A stretch of DNA of 64,000 nucleotides from a virus, in the IMG/VR virus record IMGVR_UViG_3300014946_000127, one strand, 5' to 3'. A program made the position numbers and the translations under genes. Shown here piece after piece: positions 19,683-28,505 of this stretch. Position 1 is the first letter of the stretch. The number at the start of each line of letters is the position of its first letter. Under the pieces are notes generated by a model. The model searched no databases and was not told the origin of the DNA. It saw only the letters and a list, made by a program, of their open reading frames with translations.

Positions 19683-19907
19683 CAATAAAATATTGATCGA
19701 GTTTTATTTTTTTTTAAGAAAAGAGGTTAATAAAGAATAAGACAAAGCAAGACAAAAACAAGATGGCTGGGAATGAGAGATTTATCATCAAGTAACCAAC
19801 GGCAAGTGGAAGTGAATTTGCGTTATTATCCAGTTATTCTATTGAGAATGGCAAAGATTGTTTCATCAGTGAATCTGAAAATTGCGTGTGAGGTTGCAGC
19901 TGAGATA

Positions 19908-20345
19908 CTATATAAGGCATTCATCGTTCATTGAAAGATAATCATTTTCAGTTAGAATAATACTGTCTAATAATTTTATATCAAATATATCTAATAGATT
20001 TTTAAGGGAGTGAGTCATTTTTATATCCTCATTACTAGGGTTTTTGTTACCGCTTGGGTGATTATGAACGAATATGACATTAGTAGAGAGGGTATCAATA
20101 GCATATTTGGCAATCAATATTTTGTCAGCTAATGCGCTGCATATTCCTCCTTGAGAGATTTTAGCATACCCGGTTATATTGCAGGCTTTGTTCATCAATA
20201 TAATGAATGCACTTTCGTAAATAAGAATATCTTCATGATAGAACTTTCTTGCGAAATTAGCAGAGTCTATAGAAGAATAAACTTTGACAACTTCAAAATC
20301 TTGTTTTTTTGCTGTTATGCTGTATTCTACTGCTTTCTTTTTCAT
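19908..20345 (-). CDS. RadC-like JAB/MPN domain protein
   Basis: 145 aa. NVIFVHNHPSGNKNPSNEDIKMTHSL contains the HxHPSG...PS..D metalloprotease signature of the RadC (DUF2466) family. Confidence 0.75.
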   Translation of the reverse strand: MKKKAVEYSITAKKQDFEVVKVYSSIDSANFARKFYHEDILIYESAFIILMNKACNITGYAKISQGGICSALADKILIAKYAIDTLSTNVIFVHNHPSGNKNPSNEDIKMTHSLKNLLDIFDIKLLDSIILTENDYLSMNDECLI

Positions 20346-20415
20346 TGCTCTTATGTATTTAGTTATGCTATTTCGAATTTGTAGTTAGGATTGTTTGCTT
20401 TCATCGATTTTATGT

Positions 20416-20772
20416 TTAAAGATGAGTATATAAGCCTGTCACTTGTGTGAACACTTCTTGCAACTGTTCAGCATAAATATCACTCGAAAAGAAGACCTCT
20501 TTGGCCTCGGAAAAAGAAAAAGTCTTTTTGTTTAATTTCGGGGATTTGATGAATCTCATAGAATAAGTATCCTTACCTTCTTCATAAGTAATAATTAATT
20601 TATCTGCGCCAGATTTATTTTTGCTCAATTTAATAACCTGCTCTAGGTCACCAGATTCATTCTCCATGTAACCAGTAAATTTTGATCCTGTCATAACTAC
20701 AAATCTATGTCTGCCAAGTTGTTCGTATAAGGCTAACATTATTTCTTTTATTTGTTCTTCTGAATGTTTCAT
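20416..20772 (-). CDS. Hypothetical protein
   Basis: 118-aa ORF. Its 5' leader is part of the repeated promoter cassette. Confidence 0.45.
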   Translation of the reverse strand: MKHSEEQIKEIMLALYEQLGRHRFVVMTGSKFTGYMENESGDLEQVIKLSKNKSGADKLIITYEEGKDTYSMRFIKSPKLNKKTFSFSEAKEVFFSSDIYAEQLQEVFTQVTGLYTHL

Positions 20773-21135
20773 TACTCTTATGTGTTATATAGGGGCTTTC
20801 GCCCTATCGGTTAAACTTAGAATTTTTCAATATTTAGATTACTATTAATTATAAATATGCGTCCACATTCACATATCACATGTGTGTCGGTAATGCGTGT
20901 TATTTTTCGCACTACATCATCGTGCGTTACATAATTCCCATTTTGTAAATCACCCGAAATTCTGTATCTCAAACCTACCATTATTTCTGTTACTTTCATC
21001 GTTTTTATCTTTTAATTGTTAGTAATATTGATTTGTTTTAGTATTGTAAAGATACTCATTATCAGTGAGTTAATCAAATATTTACAGCCTTATTTTGCTC
21101 ATAATCAAGAGTTTAACTTTTGGTAACTTGGATAT
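20755..21135. repeat. Dispersed repeat copy A (~380 bp): promoter + 60-aa gene + hairpin + leader of the next gene
   Basis: Over 90% identical to 32705..33075. The promoter-proximal ~130 bp recurs a third time at 44640..44770. Confidence 0.7.
20817..20999 (-). CDS. Small duplicated protein (60 aa), copy 1
   Basis: MKVTEIMVGLRYRISGDLQNGNYVTHDDVVRKITRITDTHVICECGRIFIINSNLNIEKF. Copy 2 at 32766..32948 differs by one residue (I vs R). Confidence 0.5.
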   Translation of the reverse strand: MKVTEIMVGLRYRISGDLQNGNYVTHDDVVRKITRITDTHVICECGRIFIINSNLNIEKF

Positions 21136-21249
21136 TGTAATATCAAAAACGCCGACTTTCACAAGCCGGCGTACATAAGAGCAATGAAAACTGCAATTAT
21201 TAATAAATAATAAGACAGTCTTCGATGCAAAGATAGAGGTTTATAGCGA

Positions 21250-22761
21250 TCATAAAAAGTCTTTTAGTAATTCTTCGTCACTAATAAAATCATAGTCAAA
21301 TGGATAAAATGTATTAGCAAGTGCATCCATATAGTCTGGCGAACGTTTGATACGTTTCTTGATTTCTTCTTTCGGTTCAATTATAATCCGTCCATCGCTT
21401 TGGAACTTCCAGTGTGTTTCGGTTGCTTCCTCCATGAGTTTGTCACAAGGGGGAATAGCCGCCCCAAAACCGTTCTTAGGGTTAAGCCAATCACGTAAAG
21501 ACCAATAGCAGTAAGCTCGCATATTGGCAAATTCATATTGTCCGGTAAGGTCATGCAAGCCTTTTGCACTCTCGGAATACTTGCAAGAATAAACATTCCT
21601 ATATCCGAGTTCTTCCAGTCGGGAATATACTCCAGCTCCTTCACCTATTGTATCGATGTACGCTTTGGATTTTTTGTCAGAAAGATATATGATGTGCATT
21701 CCTGCGACATGCATGTGATCCGCTTTTCCAGCAGATTGGTGAACTTCAAATTTAGGGACATAGTTTCCGTATCGAGGGCAAAGTACACTTTCATCTCGTC
21801 CCATACCTGCTACGTCAGAACCGAGTTTGCAGGACTTGACCGGTTTGAACCCATCTTCTTGTAGGCGTTTCCAATTCTCGTTGGCAATCTCTATCCATTC
21901 GTAGGGTATAAGGACATCTTCCGACACCTTTGGGAACATGCCCAGCACCTTGACACGGAAAAGGTCATTAGGGCGGTATAAACCCCCTTCCCACTTAAAA
22001 TCACCTTCTCCTTCATTAAAATCTGCTTTCTGAATGGGAGAACACCAATTTATCACTTTATCTTTAACCCATTCATAATCGACTTGACCGGGAATGACTA
22101 ATTTCTTTTTGACTACATTCTCTGCATTGAGTGAGTTTAACCGGAATTTCGCAAATCGATTGGATTTCATGGCTCGTGCGGCATAACCCGTAGTTATGTT
22201 AGGATTAAACACGATGAGTAAACGGGAATTTCCCTGTAAGTTACCTTCAATAGCATTGTATGTTGCTTCTGAAATACCCGATGCTTCAGTAACGACGAAC
22301 ATTGTATTCACAGCGTGGAACCCAGACCATGCTTCAGTATTGTCATCACCGGCCTTAAACCCCGTCAGGAACCATTCTTCATAATCAGTCTTTATACCCG
22401 AAGACAACAATCTTCCCGGAAGAAAAACTGCATTTCTGTACAAGCGTGAGATTTCCGGGATCATAATATTCTGTACCTGCCTTGCTGTTGGTGCAGTCAT
22501 GGCAATTTTTGTATTCTTGGATAATTTGCCATCTTTCCAACGTGGAGTGAGGTACATAAAACACATAGCAGCACATGCTGCAACGAAGTCCTTACCACGA
22601 GCTGTACCTGATGCAACAGCTGTCATAGGATTGTGCTGGACAGAGGATATGATAGATTGCTGCTCGCTGTCTAAACGAACCTTCAAAACATCACGGCAAA
22701 ACCTATTCCAGTCTTCTATCCATGACTTTAAGTAGCGTATGTCCTTGCGTACATGGCTCAT
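21250..22761 (-). CDS. terL: Terminase large subunit
   Basis: 503 aa. Walker A-like VASGTARGKDF, Walker B-like MFVVTEASGI. C-terminal nuclease region carries the acidic motifs GSDVAGMGRDESV and IDTIGEGAGV typical of the TerL RNase-H-like domain. Confidence 0.8.
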   Translation of the reverse strand: MSHVRKDIRYLKSWIEDWNRFCRDVLKVRLDSEQQSIISSVQHNPMTAVASGTARGKDFVAACAAMCFMYLTPRWKDGKLSKNTKIAMTAPTARQVQNIMIPEISRLYRNAVFLPGRLLSSGIKTDYEEWFLTGFKAGDDNTEAWSGFHAVNTMFVVTEASGISEATYNAIEGNLQGNSRLLIVFNPNITTGYAARAMKSNRFAKFRLNSLNAENVVKKKLVIPGQVDYEWVKDKVINWCSPIQKADFNEGEGDFKWEGGLYRPNDLFRVKVLGMFPKVSEDVLIPYEWIEIANENWKRLQEDGFKPVKSCKLGSDVAGMGRDESVLCPRYGNYVPKFEVHQSAGKADHMHVAGMHIIYLSDKKSKAYIDTIGEGAGVYSRLEELGYRNVYSCKYSESAKGLHDLTGQYEFANMRAYCYWSLRDWLNPKNGFGAAIPPCDKLMEEATETHWKFQSDGRIIIEPKEEIKKRIKRSPDYMDALANTFYPFDYDFISDEELLKDFL

Positions 22762-23123
22762 TCCTCATCATCAGGCAATTCTTGCATCAGTTTCTCAAAT
22801 GGATTGACAGTAACCTCCTGTTCCAGCCTCTCAACATATCCTCTCTCTCGCATTTTGGTCTTACTAAGCCAAATGAGCATTGTGTTGTCTTGTTCTGTCA
22901 AAGCCTTTGAGAACATAACAGTTTCTAATTTATCTTTGAACGCTTCTTCTACTTCCTCCCATTGCTTCCTAAACTCTTCATCTTTCTCTTTCCACTTGTA
23001 TGCAATGGAACGAGATATTCCGGCTGCCTCACACGCTTTCGTAACGTTAAGCAGTCTTGCATCAAGTGCATTCAGAAAAATCTCTTTCTTTTTCTTTACA
23101 GGAATCCTAAACTTCTGTCCCAT
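22758..23123 (-). CDS. terS: Terminase small subunit candidate (HTH)
   Basis: 121 aa directly upstream of and overlapping TerL. N-terminal HTH-like KEIFLNALDARLLNVTKACEAAGISRSIAYKWKEKD. Confidence 0.55.
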   Translation of the reverse strand: MGQKFRIPVKKKKEIFLNALDARLLNVTKACEAAGISRSIAYKWKEKDEEFRKQWEEVEEAFKDKLETVMFSKALTEQDNTMLIWLSKTKMRERGYVERLEQEVTVNPFEKLMQELPDDEE

Positions 23124-23850
23124 CTTTATTTACCTCCAATACGTTATTTACTATTTCCAACATCTTACAAATGCTTAATGCCTGAGCCTTGATTTTATAT
23201 TTCGCTTGGACTTTTGCACTGATTTCATTTAAATGGTGCATGGTTTCCATATCTACAAGAGTAAGATTTCCCAACTCTTTTTCCGAATAACACTCTAGCG
23301 TTTCCATGAGTTTGTCGAATGATGCTTTCTGCGTGTCTATGAACATCAGCGTTACAGGAACAATTTCGTTATTCGGCATTTCTACTGTGTAATTAATATC
23401 CTTTACACTTTCCAATACTTCGTTACTGATGTGTGCGTATTCTTTTAAGGCAACATCAGTTATTTCATCAAGTAGCTGTTTTAATACCTCCGCATCGTCT
23501 TGACCAACAATACTGTTGTGACTGAGTTGTGTCGCTAATAGCCAATCGTTGGAAGTGTTATTCTCATCAATATACATTACGTGAATAGAAGTAAGACCTG
23601 CCATCTTTGCTGCCTGTGTTCTATGATTACCACTGACAACTGTATATGTACCATCATTATGCTTTACACAAAATGGAACAGATGAAAGCTGCCCATCTCT
23701 ACGGATATTATTAACAAGTGCATTAAATGTGTCATTGCTCATAAAATGAGCATTCTTCTTGACAAATTTAATGTCAGAGAGTTGAACTTCCTCAATTTTA
23801 AATTTTTTCATATTACTCCTTTCTAGGTTCGTTACCATATTTCTGTACAA
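23107..23850 (-). CDS. ParB-like nuclease domain protein
   Basis: 247 aa. ...DGQLSSVPFCVKHNDGTYTVVSGNHRTQAAKMAG has the ParB/Sulfiredoxin GxxR motif. Upstream of TerS, as is common in phages. Confidence 0.65.
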   Translation of the reverse strand: MYRNMVTNLERSNMKKFKIEEVQLSDIKFVKKNAHFMSNDTFNALVNNIRRDGQLSSVPFCVKHNDGTYTVVSGNHRTQAAKMAGLTSIHVMYIDENNTSNDWLLATQLSHNSIVGQDDAEVLKQLLDEITDVALKEYAHISNEVLESVKDINYTVEMPNNEIVPVTLMFIDTQKASFDKLMETLECYSEKELGNLTLVDMETMHHLNEISAKVQAKYKIKAQALSICKMLEIVNNVLEVNKDGTEV

Positions 23851-25900
23851 ATGCTTTTAAAATCTCATCTAAATTTCCACGAATACCTGAATCTTGAATA
23901 TAGTGAAGTTTACCAACGCATCTTTCATGTAACTTGAATACTCCCCGATACTTCATACTTACGGGCTTATCAGTAAACACAGAAGTGGCAATTATACCAC
24001 ATTCATGCTTGTATCTTATATTCAATTCCTCTTTAAATTCAGTTGAAAGCACACCTGTAATAAGTAATCTGCTTAGCTTTGGTATAGTATGGTCTATCAC
24101 AAAATCTGACTTCATCCAAACTGCATCCATGCCGTATTTGCTGACTTTTAAGAAATCAAACATACAAGCTCCAAATACGTAATTATCTAAGAACCATAAA
24201 TAGCAGAATGGAGCCGAGCCTAATACTATACCTTTCTTCAAATATATCATACGTAGATAATCTATCTCTGACATAGAAGCACGCATAAAACGAAATTTGC
24301 TATTTTCAGAAATGGAATAATCATCTGGTAAACGTTTGTACTTTAATGGAGTAATAGCACGTTTATTAAAACTGCTATCACCAGTACTACTTACATTGGA
24401 ATAAATATAAGTTCTCTGGTCTTTGAATACCTCTCTGCGTCCCATGAAACCATGTTGCGACAATGCCATGTAATTCACCTGCTCTTCATCTATCTCAGAA
24501 TATTTTGTACGGATTCTTTCTTGCCAACCGAAATCATTCAACAAGAAGCGTTGTAAAGCATTGCTTGTAGCTTTCATACCGGAATGAAACTCATTCTGAT
24601 AAATCAAAATATCATTTTCATTGCAATTAAGTATAGCATCCGAAATATCAGCACAATACAGAACTTCAATGTTCTTTGATTTCAGATTATCAACGAGTTT
24701 CTGATAACGTTCTGTGTATTTCTTCTTGTAGTAATCTAAACGGGACACGAAGTCATCATATAGTGACTTATGGTAAATATCCTGTGAGTTCTTATGCTTT
24801 TTTATGGCATTGAAAAGATGAATAACAGCTACCATTTCGGAAGGATTGTCCGACTGTAAATCCATGAAACTATACTCGTCGTTGAAACGTAGCTCTTTTA
24901 TCTCTCCCTTAATAGCTTTATACATAAGATAGATAAAATACTCTTTCGTATATACCTTTATCTCACGGTTAGTAAGCACTTGTTCTATATCCATGTAGTA
25001 TGAGTTTACCACATGGGCGACATCAAATCTTGAAGCCTCTTTTTTGATGAAAGAAAGCATCCGGTTTGACTTCTTGAACATAGAGCCTACTACCGTAACA
25101 TTATCCGAGTGTTCTGCCGCCCAAAGTAGCGGTTTATGTCTTTGGGGAACTTTGGAATAGTCAATATGAAACACCTCAAGACACTTATCAATTGTGGAGA
25201 GTTGCTTATACTCTTCTATATTTTCATGCAGGTAGGCATACTCTACAAATGAATACATGAATTTGATTGTCTCCAATACTTTATCAAAGTTCCATGAACT
25301 GTTGAAGATTCTGAACTCTGCCGTGCCAATCTTGGCAATGGAACATAAATTGAGCCAATACCTGATATGTCCCCTGTCTGAACCATTGTTGAATACTTTT
25401 AGTAGGTTGTCGATATTATCAGCTTCTAGCACACGTTTCACCACATCATATGGAGGGCTTGGCACGAGGTATTTTGTTTCCCACCACTCGGCTATATCGA
25501 ATATCCGCTTGATTGGATATGCTGTATAGTAGGAAAGGACAAACATACGCTTGATAACATTCAAATCCATATCTTTGATATACAGATGTGCGTCAAAGCC
25601 TTCATTCCACATGAGGTAACTTCCTGCATCTTTCATTGTTTTGATGAAGCCTTTCAACTCCTGTAAGTCTTCCACACAATAATGGTATGGACGAGTGTTT
25701 ATCTCGCCACCAAATTGACCGTGGTGTGTGACAGCCGAACCGTCCGAGTTATTCATCATGGTTAGCTTGTTGTCCGTCCATTTATAACCGACTGGAAGGG
25801 AAATGCATTGTTTGTCTCCATCGGCAAACTCCAATTCCATGCCAAACGTGCGGTTGGCAATGTAATCAATCCACGGCTTATCTATATTCATGTTCTGCAT
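23813..25900 (-). CDS. Amidoligase-family (glutamine-synthetase-like fold) enzyme with a long uncharacterised C-terminal extension
   Basis: 695 aa. N-terminus RTFGMELEFADGD matches the conserved R-x-F-G-x-E-x-E start of Amidoligase_2-type enzymes. Confidence 0.55.
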   Translation of the reverse strand: MQNMNIDKPWIDYIANRTFGMELEFADGDKQCISLPVGYKWTDNKLTMMNNSDGSAVTHHGQFGGEINTRPYHYCVEDLQELKGFIKTMKDAGSYLMWNEGFDAHLYIKDMDLNVIKRMFVLSYYTAYPIKRIFDIAEWWETKYLVPSPPYDVVKRVLEADNIDNLLKVFNNGSDRGHIRYWLNLCSIAKIGTAEFRIFNSSWNFDKVLETIKFMYSFVEYAYLHENIEEYKQLSTIDKCLEVFHIDYSKVPQRHKPLLWAAEHSDNVTVVGSMFKKSNRMLSFIKKEASRFDVAHVVNSYYMDIEQVLTNREIKVYTKEYFIYLMYKAIKGEIKELRFNDEYSFMDLQSDNPSEMVAVIHLFNAIKKHKNSQDIYHKSLYDDFVSRLDYYKKKYTERYQKLVDNLKSKNIEVLYCADISDAILNCNENDILIYQNEFHSGMKATSNALQRFLLNDFGWQERIRTKYSEIDEEQVNYMALSQHGFMGRREVFKDQRTYIYSNVSSTGDSSFNKRAITPLKYKRLPDDYSISENSKFRFMRASMSEIDYLRMIYLKKGIVLGSAPFCYLWFLDNYVFGACMFDFLKVSKYGMDAVWMKSDFVIDHTIPKLSRLLITGVLSTEFKEELNIRYKHECGIIATSVFTDKPVSMKYRGVFKLHERCVGKLHYIQDSGIRGNLDEILKAFVQKYGNEPRKE

Positions 25901-26753
25901 ACCTCAACTTAACTAAGGATTTATAATTGGGAATGAATGTAACAATGTCTCCGATACAATAATCAGAACTGTCACCGTATACTTTCATTATCGTGTATTC
26001 GCTTGAGCTGTTAGAAAAGTCCAAATGGTTATCAAGGCAACGACATTCCCCCATATCAGCCATTGAATAACCGCAATCAAGTAGTATTTGATTCCGCTCA
26101 GGGTAAATGCCGATAACTTCTGTATGCAACTCGATACCATTTAACCCTAACTTTTCATCATCGCTGTTATATGGGATTGTGCCAAATAGCATATATTCTC
26201 CAATGCGCACGTCGCTTATGAATTTAGGTAGATCTTCATTCTGTCCTAACCAAAAACTACCACCTAAACTGATAGATTCAATGTAACTATTCAGCTTAGA
26301 CCATATTTCACACAATCGTTGCATATTCGGCCTGTTTCCATTTAGGCAACCGGAAGTAATCATACCATAAGCGTGAGAATTATCATCGCATTTACGAACC
26401 GTATTAGCAATCTGTCTTGCTTCAAATAGGCTTACTCCCTCTCTGTTGTCGAAAGCATTGATGGGAATATATATTTTTTTAATACCCTTATTTACTACAC
26501 AATCCATTGCTTCATACGCAGTAACAGTTACTGTCCCTTTCTGATTATGAATTGCTTTTCCAATAGAGTAGCACACGCTATCTTCAAAGTGAAGCGAGAA
26601 AATGTCATTATCAACCCTATAATGGATATGTCTCCAAATATCCTCATAGAAGTCTTTGAACATGAGAGAGACAGGGACATTCACAAGCGTTTCCGCTTTC
26701 TTGATGTTCTTTATAACATTATCAGTATATATGATTACTTTCATAGCTCCCAT
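25878..26753 (-). CDS. Hypothetical enzyme (TIM-barrel or PLP-dependent-like?), part of the modification cluster
   Basis: 291 aa. Overlaps the amidoligase start by 23 nt (operon). No confident motif. Confidence 0.35.
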   Translation of the reverse strand: MGAMKVIIYTDNVIKNIKKAETLVNVPVSLMFKDFYEDIWRHIHYRVDNDIFSLHFEDSVCYSIGKAIHNQKGTVTVTAYEAMDCVVNKGIKKIYIPINAFDNREGVSLFEARQIANTVRKCDDNSHAYGMITSGCLNGNRPNMQRLCEIWSKLNSYIESISLGGSFWLGQNEDLPKFISDVRIGEYMLFGTIPYNSDDEKLGLNGIELHTEVIGIYPERNQILLDCGYSMADMGECRCLDNHLDFSNSSSEYTIMKVYGDSSDYCIGDIVTFIPNYKSLVKLRYAEHEYR

Positions 26754-27640
26754 TTTAAAATGATACGTTCAGCTCCTTTGTATTTCGTATCTCGTTTGAA
26801 TGAGAACCCGACATTGGTGAAACTTTTTATGCTTGCTTCATTTTTAGGAGAGGTCATTGCAAATATCTCTTGTGCACCATTAGAAACCAATTTTGCGATA
26901 TTCGCATTGAGAAGGAGGTACTGGAATCCATTTCCTCTGTAACCAGAACAGACAAAACATTTGTCGACGTATGCCGTACCGTATTCCGTAAAATAAGCAA
27001 GCGAGTAGGCTACAAGAGAACCGTCTAGCAATAAGCCATAACTGCAACCGGATTGCAAACATTTAGTTATATCCTGTGGTTCTGATGCAAAGCAGGTTTC
27101 AGGATTCGAGAGCATGGTTTGTTCCATTGCTTCAATTTCAGAAATGTCAGACATGGACAGCGTTTTGATTTCCATCTTACACTCAATGCTTCCTATATCA
27201 GTGGGAAACAAAGGATCATATCTGTCTATCCATGCTTTAGATAGGAATACATCAATATCTGTTTGAGGTAGTAATTTTCTTCTGTAATTTTCAAAAATAC
27301 CTAATACAAACTCTTTATGCTTAGTTAGTTGTTCATTCTTCAAAGGGCACTTACCACTACGAAAAACAAAGCCTTTATTCACTGATTTTATCCACAATGG
27401 ATAGGTACGACACATGATAGGTTTATAGCCGTTATCACATGATTTGCAGTTTTTAGCGATACATTTTACCTTTTTACCGCCAAAATAATCATTATCTATA
27501 ATTTGTAAATGGGATATTTCCTGTTCGTGTCCAGCAAATTCATGGGGTAGAATAACAATATGTCCGTCCGATCCGAACGAACAACATTTCCAACCGCAAC
27601 CGGAGTTTTCGCATGCTCTTATTAGTCCTTTATCGTACAT
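26741..27640 (-). CDS. Cys-rich N-terminal domain + C-terminal GNAT-fold acyl/aminoacyl-transferase-like protein
   Basis: 299 aa. N-term CENSGCGWKCC...CIAKNCKSCDNGYKPIMC. C-term ...VCSGYRGNGFQYLLLNANIAKL resembles the GNAT R/Q-x-x-G-x-G/A motif A. Overlaps the upstream gene by 13 nt. Confidence 0.5.
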   Translation of the reverse strand: MYDKGLIRACENSGCGWKCCSFGSDGHIVILPHEFAGHEQEISHLQIIDNDYFGGKKVKCIAKNCKSCDNGYKPIMCRTYPLWIKSVNKGFVFRSGKCPLKNEQLTKHKEFVLGIFENYRRKLLPQTDIDVFLSKAWIDRYDPLFPTDIGSIECKMEIKTLSMSDISEIEAMEQTMLSNPETCFASEPQDITKCLQSGCSYGLLLDGSLVAYSLAYFTEYGTAYVDKCFVCSGYRGNGFQYLLLNANIAKLVSNGAQEIFAMTSPKNEASIKSFTNVGFSFKRDTKYKGAERIILKWEL

Positions 27641-27862
27641 ATTCTTGGGTTGTATATAACTTCATATACATTTTGTGTTAAATCTGCCGAGCGTATTCCC
27701 GGCAGACTTAAACACAAATTCAATCATTCTTCAAGCTACTTACAAGAACACTTATGCAATTCTTCGGCTTCTTTCAGTCGTGTCAGATAGCAATTTCTAT
27801 CACCCCGTAAACTGCACAAGCTTTAATGTTCTTGCTTTTGCTTATCGCTACTATAAGGGTTG

Positions 27863-28018
27863 AGGTAGCAGCAGGACTCGAACCTGCAATGCTTGGCAAT
27901 CTTCTACATCTTCCGTGTAACACTGGATTGGTTCGTTTTACAATGATGCCCAGTTTTCATAACATCGTAACCAAGTCTACTAAGAGTTGTCAGCGTCTAC
28001 CAATTCCGCCATACTACC
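27863..28018 (-). tRNA. Aberrant class-II-like tRNA-like gene (156 nt) with tRNA-Leu-like 5' acceptor/D-arm and a ~66-nt insertion between D-arm and anticodon arm
   Basis: 5' GGTAGTA-TG-GCGGAATTGGTAGACGC (D-arm as in bacterial tRNA-Leu) ... anticodon-arm-like TTACA-CGGAAGA-TGTAG, 16-nt variable region, T-arm GCAGG-TTCGAGT-CCTGC, acceptor 3' TGCTACC pairing 7/7 with the 5' end (one G-U). Confidence 0.4.
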
Positions 28019-28137
28019 AAATTTGCGTGACTTTCCACGCTGTCAGATTGTTTGCAGTACCAACTAAATGCAAGGAATCTAACCTTGTCGCTTACTTTAC
28101 ACAACCTCAATCAACGAGCCGAGTTTAACGGCATTAG

Positions 28138-28207
28138 AGCGGAAACAGGGAATCGAACCCCACTCTTTGGCTGGAATGCCAACGCTCTACCGATGAGCTA
28201 TTTCCGC
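28138..28207 (-). tRNA. tRNA-like gene, 70 nt, with an apparent 6-nt anticodon loop ATTCCA (Trp/Gly-type; noncanonical)
   Basis: GCGGAAA-TA-GCTC-ATCGGTA-GAGC-G-TTGGC-ATTCCA-GCCAA-AGAG-TGGGG-TTCGATT-CCCTG-TTTCCGC-T. Perfect acceptor, D and T arms; the anticodon loop is one nt short. Confidence 0.55.
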
Positions 28208-28432
28208 AAATGCCTGTCTATTCCAAGCTGTCAACATTATGAACCGCCATGTAGTCACCGTCAACATTCACATGATTTTGTGAAGATCCACCTTGATAGA
28301 TACTCTCTGGGACTTATTTCGGATTTACCCTTCCCCTTTCTATCTACTACTCTATCGGCTTTCCTATCTTCAGACAGACCCGACACCCGTCTTTAATTCG
28401 GATAGAGTGGTGCGTTCATTGATACAAGACTG

Positions 28433-28505
28433 TGGGAACTCAAGGATTCGAACCTTGTTCTTCGGATTTTCAGTCCGACGCATAGACCAACTTTGCTAAA
28501 TTCCC
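28433..28505 (-). tRNA. tRNA-Phe (anticodon GAA)
   Basis: GGGAATT-TA-GCAA...TGC-G-TCGGA-CTGAAAA-TCCGA-AGAA-CAAGG-TTCGAAT-CCTTG-AGTTCCC-A; 73 nt. U33, GAA, A37. Confidence 0.75.

Noticed and set aside
28021-28137. A fourth tRNA between the Leu-like element and the 28138 tRNA
   Set aside because: A T-arm-like CAAGG-TTAGATT-CCTTG is present, but no acceptor pairing or D/anticodon arms could be built. Treated as a degenerate remnant only.
27863-28505. Stop-codon reassignment with phage suppressor tRNAs
   Set aside because: The aberrant tRNAs made me check for recoding. All large genes (1364, 1097, 878, 695, 503 aa) are intact in the standard code. I saw no pairs of same-frame ORFs split by a single TAG/TGA. 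None of the tRNA-like loops clearly carries CTA/TCA/TTA anticodons.
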